In this document: positions 1 to 7,959 of the stretch, piece after piece
Layout: the number at the start of each line of letters is the position of its first letter
Position numbering within the stretch: the first letter of the stretch is position 1
Assembly: GCA_049599475.1 (NCBI GenBank)
Contig: JBMYOQ010000005.1
Span: 32,001 to 96,000, forward strand
Source: Opitutales bacterium
Lineage (GTDB): Bacteria > Verrucomicrobiota > Verrucomicrobiia > Opitutales > JABSRG01
Direction of reading: 5' to 3'
Length of the DNA stretch: 64,000 bases
The notes under the pieces: generated by a model
The model's database searches: none
Told to the model about the DNA's origin: nothing
What the model saw: only the letters and a program-made list of their open reading frames with translations
Position numbers and translations under genes: made by a program

Positions 1-3000
1 GGCGATGTGATGACCGGCTGTTTCAGATTTTGTGATGATCGCGGGTGCGAATGTAACCGGAACACCATTGCTGTGAGTGCGTAACAAATTCCAGTTTGGA
101 GCCGGAAAATCCTCATTTCCGGAATCATGTGCCGCGATCATCCGTTGCCAGTTTCCGCCAGTAGCGTCATTGCTTTGCCCTACAATAAACACATCTATGG
201 CCCCCTCTGTATCCCGGATGTCACCGATATCTAACCAGTCGTTGTTTCCATCAAAACGGATAACTGGGCCACCATTTAATGCATTTTGCACAAAGGTAGG
301 ACGCGCATCACCTGAGTTAGTTGCGTTATTACTGGCGTCTGAAAGATCGTTCCAAGTGGAGATGAAGTCTCCGTCTGAAACTTCGATTATTTGGGAAGCG
401 TCGAGATGTAATACCAGCCCAACTCTGATCGGTATGTCGCCGTCGCTGGGGTCTAGAGATTCTAGAGTTGTTACCTCAAGTGGTTCGCTGAGAAACCACT
501 CTATCCCGTTAACATCTACTGCGCTGGCGGCATAAAAGTATGTGGTGAGTTCATCCACACTTTCGTCGGTATAATCACTAGATATAACCCCTGTTGCTAT
601 GGGGAGCCCAAAAGCTTCCTCGAGACTATTTTTTCGGTAAACATTGAAGATCACGCCATCTCTATTACTATTCGCCCAATCCAGAGACACAGAACCTTGT
701 GCAAGTGTTCCCACGAGCACCGGCGTATCCAGTGGCGCGGATTCAAGCTCTCCTGAGTCATAAAGCGCAACGATCTTTTCCGCATACCGCTCTCCCAATA
801 TAATTTGGCCACCTGTATCAAAATGATAGTAATCAGCAAGGGTTAGACCTTCGCTAGATACATAGTCTGTTCGCGCAATATTCTGTGGAATCGACGCGAT
901 GATTTCCTTTATCCTTGGAAAATTGTCATTGGGTTGCCCTGCGATAAAAGGGAGATCTGGTATTCCTAGGTCCGTTCTTAAGTCGTTCACGAGCGATTCA
1001 AATCTCTCCAAATACGCGTTTCTATTTCCGGCGGTGTCCTCATCTTGTTCCCCCTGATGCCACAAAACAGCTCTAACTTCCCCATATTGCATGGCATTTT
1101 GAATACGCTCTAGAGTCTTTTCGTAGTAACCCCTATCACCACCTTTGAGGAATCTTGAGAGAAACGTACCTCCCCGAGCGTTGACCACAAAGCCGAAATC
1201 TTTTTCAGGATAGGTCGCTGAAAGTGTTTTTCCGAACGAGTAGGCAAAACCCAATTTTTGTATATCATCATCGACTTTCCGAATATTGGAATAACGGTTG
1301 TATCCGTAAGGTTCGTTGCTCGCTATTTCAAATTCATCGTCAGCATTCAAAAGGTATACGTTTGGAAAGGTTTCTTTCTCATTTTCTGTTATGGCTCCTC
1401 TCCCAGCACAATTTGACTGTCCTAAGAATACATATATTTCCTTTGTGGGGTCTGGGTCCGGAGATGGGACTGATTCGATGTTATATTTTTGTAAGAGGTG
1501 GTTAGCGACTTCATCACGCTCCGCGTCTTCAAGCACACGATCGAAGATCACGATTTCTGCAATATCGCCGTCGAAGTAGTTTCGTGAAGCGAAACCATTT
1601 CGTCCCAGTTTAACGCCTGCTGCGTGTAAATCGGGCCCGGAGATATTCTTCAGTTGGGGGATCATCTCAAGAGGATTTCCATCAGCATCACGATTGCGTA
1701 GCATGGTCCAGTTTGGAGCGGTCCAGTCATCATTCCCGGAATCAAAGGCTGAAATGATTCGCTGGTTAGTTTCTCCATCGGTTTCGGAGGCTTGAGTAAT
1801 CACAAATATTTCGGCTCCGGAACTTTCTGTCACAAGATTTCCGATATTCATCCAGTCATCGATGCCGTCGAATCGAAGAGCGTCACTGCCATTGAAGAAC
1901 CCTTCTGCGAAAAGCGGTTCCTGATCGATCTCAGCTGTTGCCGAGCGTCCTCCAGGGACCAAATTTGGCCATTCGGCGACCGCGTCCCCTTCATTACGTT
2001 CAGTCAAGGTCGATGCATCCATATGCAATACCAGGCCGTCACTGATGGGCACGTCGCCGGAATACGGAGGTAGGGGTGTTGAATCCAGGTATACGAGCAA
2101 TCGTGGACGTAGGGTGAGATCGCCGGTGTATTCCTTGCTGTGGAAACTGAAATTTTTATTATCCGATGTCTCCTCAATGTGTATCGAGATTTTTCCGTCA
2201 TTGCTTGCTTCTGTTATGGCTTGGGCGCCCATAAAGAAGATAACGTCGCCCGTGCCCGTAATGCCTTCGACGGTCGAGAGTGTTTGGGCAGTCGCCGGGC
2301 GATTGCTATAATTTATCGAGGTCTCGCCCCAGGAGTCGTCAGAAACAAAACTGGCTCTGAGTCCAGCGTCTGAGTTTGCGAGTGACGATACCGTAAGCTC
2401 AAGCCAAACAGATTCTATTGTATCCGGTAGGGAACTAAGATCGAAACGGAGGTATGTTTCCCTGCGGCCGCTGACGCCCCCCTTGTTACGAGCGACAAGT
2501 GTCGAATCCGTCCCGTAATTCCTAGTGCTGAAGTTTCCTATTCTTACGTATGCATCGGCTTCGGGATAGATGATGAGGTCCGCAACTTCGGTGGGAGGAG
2601 TGAGGGAAACGATGGAGATATCTTTCTCAATTGTAGTGGATAAACCATTCGTATCATAGGCTACGGCTCTGAGTGTGTGTGGGCCTTCAGCCAGGTCACT
2701 CACGATGAAGTCGTGCTTGCCATAGCCGTCCATTTCATAGGTTTTGGACTGGGTGCCGACAAAGACATTATTCACAAAAAGATCTACCTTTGTCACGCCA
2801 TCGCGGTCATTGGCTTGAACTTGTACGGCAACGTCTGAACCCAGGGGTTGGTTGGTGCTTTCTGGCGTGTTGAACGAGGCTACGGGAGCTGTGTTTGTGG
2901 AGTTCATGTACGCGCGTAGCCAGGTCATCGCAGGGCGGTCTGTGCCGTCTTCTCGAACTAAAAAGGCGTTTGGCTTTACGCTCCACATATGTCCCTCCTC

Positions 3001-3939
3001 AAATCCCCAAAGAGCGACGCTGGTGACTTGCGGGTGTTCCCACATGACTGGAAACTGATCCATGTAAACAGCCTGTTGTTTTGAGTCACTCGATAGATTT
3101 ACATCATATTCAGTGATGTATATATCTACACCCGGAAGGGCGTCCGCGAACCGGTCTAGATTCCCTTTAATGGCCTCGGCAGAGTTGTTCTCTAGACCAT
3201 GAGCCTGACAGCCCAACGCATCGATATAGGGACCGCCTTCTGCGCTGTTCACGATGTTTATCATATCGATCAATCTTCCTGGCTTAATGGTGGCGCCGCC
3301 GAGAAGACCATAGTCATTTATGAAGAGTTGGACATCCGGGTCATATTCGTCGGCGATTCCGCGCACCATTGAGAAGAGATTTGTCAGCCAGTCATAGCCC
3401 GTTTCGTCGACTTGGCCTTCCTCAAGGAGCGCTTCCTCCAACTCAGGGCGGCGATTGATCTCGGCGCCTACTTCATTGATCACACGGAGAATATCGAACT
3501 TGAGTCCGCGCTCGACGTAGTAGCGCTCGAAGATAGCTCGGGTGTATTTTTCTAGCTCTTCCTTGATGACTTCCGGCGTATGCCAATCACGCGATTGCGC
3601 AGGATACCAGATGCCTTGGTATTTGAGGTTCATGTTTCGGTCGGACCCGAAGGCCATTTCGTAGTCTGGGTCGTTCCAGCGATAGCTTTCCGGAGTGCCC
3701 GGGTCGCGCCCTACTTTCCAAGACCAGTTACCTTGCACGATCAAACCGTCGAAGAGCTTTCCTTCGCCAAAGTTTTCCACCCCGTGTTCGGTCTTCGGGA
3801 TCAAGGATCCAAGGTGTTGGCTCTCTGCCTGCATCTGAGAAGCCATGTTCAGCACGAGAATGGCTGATACGGATACTGTGTTTAAGGCGACTCGAGCACA
3901 GCTCCGCCCGAGATTTTTAAAAGGAAGAATGGGGGTCAT
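1..3939 (-). CDS. Secreted multimodular CAZyme (3' end runs off window): GH10 - Ig-like - DNRLRE - LamG-like - SASA/CE6 esterase - FN3 - LamG-like
   Basis: Absent from the ORF track because there is no stop in the window. Manual translation from ATG 3939 gives MTPILPFKNLGRSCARVALNTVSVSAILVLNMASQMQA (signal-like). GH10 motifs RVINE, LFINDY, IDALGCQAH, YITEYDV, LWGF (~3830-2905). Ig-like NTAPVASF..HTLRAVAYD (~2895-2600). DNRLRE-type ADAYVR..NYG..YLRFDLS..RPRL (~2585-2090). LamG-like GLVLHMDAS..FDGIDDW..FDGDIAEIVIFDR (~2060-1480). SASA motifs FLGQSNCAGRG, WHQGE, DYYHF (~1440-770). FN3 (~730-470). Second LamG copy GLVLHLDAS..FDGNNDW (~445-1). Confidence 0.9.
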   Translation of the reverse strand, partial: MTPILPFKNLGRSCARVALNTVSVSAILVLNMASQMQAESQHLGSLIPKTEHGVENFGEGKLFDGLIVQGNWSWKVGRDPGTPESYRWNDPDYEMAFGSDRNMNLKYQGIWYPAQSRDWHTPEVIKEELEKYTRAIFERYYVERGLKFDILRVINEVGAEINRRPELEEALLEEGQVDETGYDWLTNLFSMVRGIADEYDPDVQLFINDYGLLGGATIKPGRLIDMINIVNSAEGGPYIDALGCQAHGLENNSAEAIKGNLDRFADALPGVDIYITEYDVNLSSDSKQQAVYMDQFPVMWEHPQVTSVALWGFEEGHMWSVKPNAFLVREDGTDRPAMTWLRAYMNSTNTAPVASFNTPESTNQPLGSDVAVQVQANDRDGVTKVDLFVNNVFVGTQSKTYEMDGYGKHDFIVSDLAEGPHTLRAVAYDTNGLSTTIEKDISIVSLTPPTEVADLIIYPEADAYVRIGNFSTRNYGTDSTLVARNKGGVSGRRETYLRFDLSSLPDTIESVWLELTVSSLANSDAGLRASFVSDDSWGETSINYSNRPATAQTLSTVEGITGTGDVIFFMGAQAITEASNDGKISIHIEETSDNKNFSFHSKEYTGDLTLRPRLLVYLDSTPLPPYSGDVPISDGLVLHMDASTLTERNEGDAVAEWPNLVPGGRSATAEIDQEPLFAEGFFNGSDALRFDGIDDWMNIGNLVTESSGAEIFVITQASETDGETNQRIISAFDSGNDDWTAPNWTMLRNRDADGNPLEMIPQLKNISGPDLHAAGVKLGRNGFASRNYFDGDIAEIVIFDRVLEDAERDEVANHLLQKYNIESVPSPDPDPTKEIYVFLGQSNCAGRGAITENEKETFPNVYLLNADDEFEIASNEPYGYNRYSNIRKVDDDIQKLGFAYSFGKTLSATYPEKDFGFVVNARGGTFLSRFLKGGDRGYYEKTLERIQNAMQYGEVRAVLWHQGEQDEDTAGNRNAYLERFESLVNDLRTDLGIPDLPFIAGQPNDNFPRIKEIIASIPQNIARTDYVSSEGLTLADYYHFDTGGQIILGERYAEKIVALYDSGELESAPLDTPVLVGTLAQGSVSLDWANSNRDGVIFNVYRKNSLEEAFGLPIATGVISSDYTDESVDELTTYFYAASAVDVNGIEWFLSEPLEVTTLESLDPSDGDIPIRVGLVLHLDASQIIEVSDGDFISTWNDLSDASNNATNSGDARPTFVQNALNGGPVIRFDGNNDWLDIGDIRDTEGAIDVFIVGQSNDATGGNWQRMIAAHDSGNEDFPAPNWNLLRTHSNGVPVTFAPAIITKSETAGHHIA

Positions 3940-4002
3940 AGAGGTCCCTAGTGGGTGATTATTGGTGGATCTTCCAATATGACCTATACGCCCAATTCTT
4001 GC

Positions 4003-4040
4003 ATCCACTATGGTGCTCAAAGGCTATGCACAATGGTGCT
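4003..4040. promoter_or_regulatory. Tandem 15-bp direct repeats, candidate AraC-type activator site for the GH10 gene
   Basis: ATCCACTATGGTGCT (4003-4017) and ATGCACAATGGTGCT (4026-4040), 13/15 identical, 23-bp period, ~65-100 bp upstream of the GH10 ATG and next to the AraC gene. Confidence 0.45.
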
Positions 4041-4106
4041 ATCGTAGCATTTATGCGACATGCACGGAGTATTGCAGAGCGAGAAGAAGGCGTTGAGAGC
4101 TTACTG

Positions 4107-5441
4107 CTAGGACTTCGAAGACTCTAAAAACTCCGCCGGACTCATTCCCGTGTGTTTCTTGAAGACTCTGCTAAAATAGGAAGAGCTGTTATACCCCACG
4201 GCGAAGGCTGTTTCTGTGACATTCTTTTCGGACAGCATGACCTTCGCGTGCTCGACTCTTACGGTGGTTAAATGCTGGTTGACTGTCTCGCCGGTGTGTT
4301 TTTTGAACTCTCGCATGAAGTGATAGCGGCTTACCCCAAGGGCTTCTGCTATTGTGTCGACGCTCAGATCTTCCGCGAAGTGTTCCTGAATATAGCTCTT
4401 AGCTCGTTCTACATTTTCGGCAGTGTGTTTCTCGGGTTCATCAGAGATGAATTCGGACACTTCAACAGCCTCGGATTGGAGGAGTTTCTGTATTTCCCCA
4501 GGGTCGTCCGAAGCCTCAATTTGCTCTGCCAAAGATCGATTGCGCAGGGCCGAGCTTTCGGAATCAGCCCCGGCTTGAATCGTCAGCTCGGCAAGCATGT
4601 TCAAAATTGCTCGCACCCGCATTTTGTAGACCTCGATATTGCCGTTGGAAAGCTCTTCCAGGTCGCCTAACATGATCTCAATCTCCGGCGTGAGCGATTT
4701 GGGTCCTGATTGGACGAGATGCTGAAGCTCCTCGTTCAGGAGGGTGACTTTACTCTTTAGGTCCCTGATGTCTTTGTAGACCACCCATGCCCAAGATCCC
4801 GCGAAAATGATGGAGCCTATGTAGTAGAGTCCGTTGTTTCCTCCTACGGTGCCTATCACCAGCAATACCCCGAAGATCAAAGCGCTGGTTAAAAACGTGA
4901 ACAAGTTGGGTCGGCGCATTGATCGGGCCTCCCTTACTATGAGCGCAAAGCAAGGGACAATTATGAACAAAAGGGCTGCGGTAACCTGAATCCCATTGGT
5001 AAGAAACAGGTGGTCGGTGTTTTCCAAAGGCAACCATGGAAAGTCATCCCGTTTTAGCCCGAAGCGATTCCATCTAGCTGCGAAAATGAAAGCATGTGAG
5101 AATGCGAAGAGAGTACCTAGACCGTAGGCAAAGATTGCAAATGCAGGGTGGGGCCGAGCTCTGGAATGTCGGACTATCGCCAATGTGAATGTAGGGAGAA
5201 CCACGGCGAATAACAGTGGCATCCTTAAGTATACCAAATTCCAGCTCCACCCTAGCCCTAGCTGAAAAGGCCGTGTTACCAGAAAGACGATAAAGGCCAA
5301 CAAGAAGCAGACATAGACTTTATAATTATCCGCGATCCGCTTCTTCACCAAAGTAAAGTAGACAAGGACAAACAGGAAAATCTGGGCAGCTAGGATAGGT
5401 GCGATGACCTCCTCAATGATCTGCCTATCGATTTCGAGCAT
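4107..5441 (-). CDS. Membrane-anchored AraC-family regulator (N-terminal multi-TM sensor, C-terminal double HTH)
   Basis: About 7 hydrophobic segments in aa 1-222. The C-terminal AKSYIQEHFAEDLSVDTIA..FKKHTG..ETAFAVGYNSSSYFSRVFKKHTGMSP matches the AraC signature. Confidence 0.9.
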   Translation of the reverse strand: MLEIDRQIIEEVIAPILAAQIFLFVLVYFTLVKKRIADNYKVYVCFLLAFIVFLVTRPFQLGLGWSWNLVYLRMPLLFAVVLPTFTLAIVRHSRARPHPAFAIFAYGLGTLFAFSHAFIFAARWNRFGLKRDDFPWLPLENTDHLFLTNGIQVTAALLFIIVPCFALIVREARSMRRPNLFTFLTSALIFGVLLVIGTVGGNNGLYYIGSIIFAGSWAWVVYKDIRDLKSKVTLLNEELQHLVQSGPKSLTPEIEIMLGDLEELSNGNIEVYKMRVRAILNMLAELTIQAGADSESSALRNRSLAEQIEASDDPGEIQKLLQSEAVEVSEFISDEPEKHTAENVERAKSYIQEHFAEDLSVDTIAEALGVSRYHFMREFKKHTGETVNQHLTTVRVEHAKVMLSEKNVTETAFAVGYNSSSYFSRVFKKHTGMSPAEFLESSKS

Positions 5442-5764
5442 AGGAGGATCTATATAAACTTACCGGTCACGAACAACTTATTATTTAGCGGTGGCATTCT
5501 CGCGCGTTTGGGTGCTCAGCTTGTTCTGATAATGAGATGCACGTCGCATGAGGCGGTTTACTCTCCTAAAGTTGCCTTGGTTTATGAGTATTTTTTTGAG
5601 TGGGTGAGTATCGAACTTTGGCTCTATTACTGGCCTGGTCGTTATTCTACGATCAATTGGCGCGCATTTGTTAATACAAATCGACTTGAGTTTGTTAATA
5701 TTTTGTGAATGCTAGGGCAAAGTAAGTTGGTTTCTAGCGCCATGAATTATCCCCGTTATTATCA

Positions 5765-6211
5765 ATGAATTTAAGGCAACCATTCAATGTAAGAGACTTC
5801 TTAGGCTGGAGTAATATCTTCTTCGGCATGTTCGTAGTCCTGGGTCTTTTCCTCTTAACTATTTATCATTATCAATACGCTGAAGGCAAAGCGGATGGCG
5901 ACTGGATTGCGATCAAAGGAGAATCCTATGCCTGGGCTCCCGCAGTATTGAATCTTTCGAAAACCAAAATGATGGAGGATTACGGGAAGCAGTTTGTCTC
6001 AAAACATGATTTTGAATATGAGCTGAAAAGTCATGCGAATGGCTACTCCGTAACCGTTTATCCCGTGAGCTACGACGACGGTAAGCCGATACGGTTGGCA
6101 AATATGGACCGAATCTTGTTTTTTGATCTGGGCATCAACTATGTCGGTGCATTCGGAGATCGAGGCGAAAATTCGGCCGGTGTTGCGAGCGTGATCGGTG
6201 GCAACGTATAG
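5765..6211 (+). CDS. Hypothetical protein with one N-terminal TM segment
   Basis: 148-aa ORF with ATG start, a hydrophobic stretch (IFFGMFVVLGLFLLTIY) and an AT-rich upstream region. No family recognised. Confidence 0.55.
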   Translation: MNLRQPFNVRDFLGWSNIFFGMFVVLGLFLLTIYHYQYAEGKADGDWIAIKGESYAWAPAVLNLSKTKMMEDYGKQFVSKHDFEYELKSHANGYSVTVYPVSYDDGKPIRLANMDRILFFDLGINYVGAFGDRGENSAGVASVIGGNV

Positions 6212-6359
6212 TTGGTAATCGTTCTGCGAGGACTGGAATCTCAGCTTTGCTACGATGATGTATGTGTCATTTACGCCAAGAATTTTAGCGTTCAGTTGAC
6301 CGACTTGTAAGCAACACCCTGGGCCGCATTCTGCGGACATGATGTATCATCCGATGTCG

Positions 6360-7337
6360 CTAACGTGATATCATACGCCGAAGGCCGTTGATGATTCTGC
6401 TATTAGCAAAGAATCCATTTCCTTTTCTCTCAGGGAAGGGCGCATCATAGAAGTTGCAAACAATGTAGTGTAGGAGGAACTTTTGATGCGAATCTTCTAT
6501 AAGCCGGATTGAGCGATCAAAGACTTTGGGATCGTGCATTGTCGAGCGGAGGAGATTGCTGTCGGTAGAGAGGAACGAGTTCGCATCTGCAAAGTAGGCG
6601 GTGGCGTCTTTCAGAAATGTATCCACTCGTAGTTGGGGTGCAGGTGTTACTTGAGCCTTGCGCCCTGTTTTCATGCCGAGTGCCTGAGCGATTGCTTTCA
6701 GGGAATCGGGTTCCGGTGCCTGGGATTGCATGTATCCCGCCATCAGGGCCTGTAGGCTGGTGCCCTGGCCGTCGGGATTGAGGGGTAGATATTTCTTGAT
6801 GCGCTCGGGTGAACCAGAGAGGAATGAGCCCTCGATGTCCGCTAGTTCATGATTTTTCTCACGGGCCTGCGAGGACGGAGGCGTCATCGAAAAAATATCT
6901 TTCAGTGTTTTGACCCCTTCCGATGCGATTCGGGCTTTCAGGTTCGGAGAGACTGTCATCAAATGCGCGGGAAAGTCCGGATCGATTTTGAGTTCTCTGA
7001 GCTTATTCAGGATCTTATTTAAATTGGAGCTCTTGCGACCCACATTACGTGAAATTCCTTGGAGGGACATGTCATAAGCAGCAATATCGGTAAATAGGCG
7101 AATGAGCCTTTGTAGCCTTTCGGGGTTCTTAGCAAATTCAGGGTGAGCTTGGAGCTCTTTGAAACTCATTGAGGCATACGTGGCCACTGTAGCTTCGCGC
7201 TTTTGCGCTCCGCTGAAAACAGGTCGGGTGTGTCTATCTTTTTCGAGATCGCGCAAAGCCATCGTTGCGCATGGGCCGTTGAGGATGGATTCTCGGGATG
7301 CCTCCCAGGATTCTGCTAGTGAAGGGTCGGTCTGCAT
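6360..7337 (-). CDS. Hypothetical protein
   Basis: 325-aa uninterrupted ORF with protein-like composition. No motif recognised. Confidence 0.65.
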   Translation of the reverse strand: MQTDPSLAESWEASRESILNGPCATMALRDLEKDRHTRPVFSGAQKREATVATYASMSFKELQAHPEFAKNPERLQRLIRLFTDIAAYDMSLQGISRNVGRKSSNLNKILNKLRELKIDPDFPAHLMTVSPNLKARIASEGVKTLKDIFSMTPPSSQAREKNHELADIEGSFLSGSPERIKKYLPLNPDGQGTSLQALMAGYMQSQAPEPDSLKAIAQALGMKTGRKAQVTPAPQLRVDTFLKDATAYFADANSFLSTDSNLLRSTMHDPKVFDRSIRLIEDSHQKFLLHYIVCNFYDAPFPERKGNGFFANSRIINGLRRMISR

Positions 7338-7580
7338 GATTCTTGATTATCAAGTTTCGGGGTATTCCGCTGTAAGAAGCTATCATTACCGAATGAGGAG
7401 GATTTCAGCGTTCAGAGCTGCATTGGATCATATTTGGAGGCGTCCAAAGCGCTCTTAACGGGTATGAAAGTTGTCCCATACGGGGTATCCCCGTTTAAGT
7501 CGGATAGACCCCGACGGTCTTGCGCGAAATCTACGAGATTGGGTTTTCTGACAGTCGCTTTACAGAGATTGGCCTAAATG

Positions 7581-7823
7581 TTCGCTGAGGACAGCGGACA
7601 TAGACTTGTCGGAGATGGCGAAGCAATGGCGCTGCGTTTAGGATGATGTCATCGGTAGCGGCCGATCTCCGAACGGCCGAATGCTGCGTATGAGCTGGGC
7701 GAAATTGCTGTCTTCCACCGCTCGGAGATCGGTTGCTCCCTCATTTCTTCTCTAAAGGCAGCCGCAGAAATGAAGGCGAATTCCGGCCAGCAGAGGCGTC
7801 TGCGTGAGGACACGCAGCCTTAC
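7581..7823 (-). repeat. REP-like hairpins with GTCCTC loop flanking the 153-bp repeat
   Basis: Minus-strand TCCGCT-GTCCTC-AGCGAA (7581-7598) and GTAAGG-CTGCGT-GTCCTC-ACGCAG (7800-7823). The same loop occurs at 26029-26054 and 58674-58690. Confidence 0.6.
7610..7762. repeat. 153-bp dispersed REPIN-like repeat, copy 1
   Basis: 142/153 identical by manual count to 58514-58666. Contains two inverted REP-like units: GTAG-CGGCCG-ATCTCCGAA-CGGCCG at 7655-7679 and an inverted partner at 7716-7739. Confidence 0.9.
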
Positions 7824-7959
7824 CTTATCGCCATGATTTCAATTCTAATCTATCCCAAAAATAGCGACATCCTGAAGCCCCTCATGAGTCCCAATATTTC
7901 GAAAACAGGCAGCAGATTTCAGCGCCCTGGACGTTCTTCAAACGGAATGGCTACCGGAA

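Noticed and set aside
77..3867. Short ORFs listed in the track across 77-3867
   Set aside because: They are shadows of the long minus-strand CAZyme frame. The same applies to most short ORFs overlapping long genes elsewhere.
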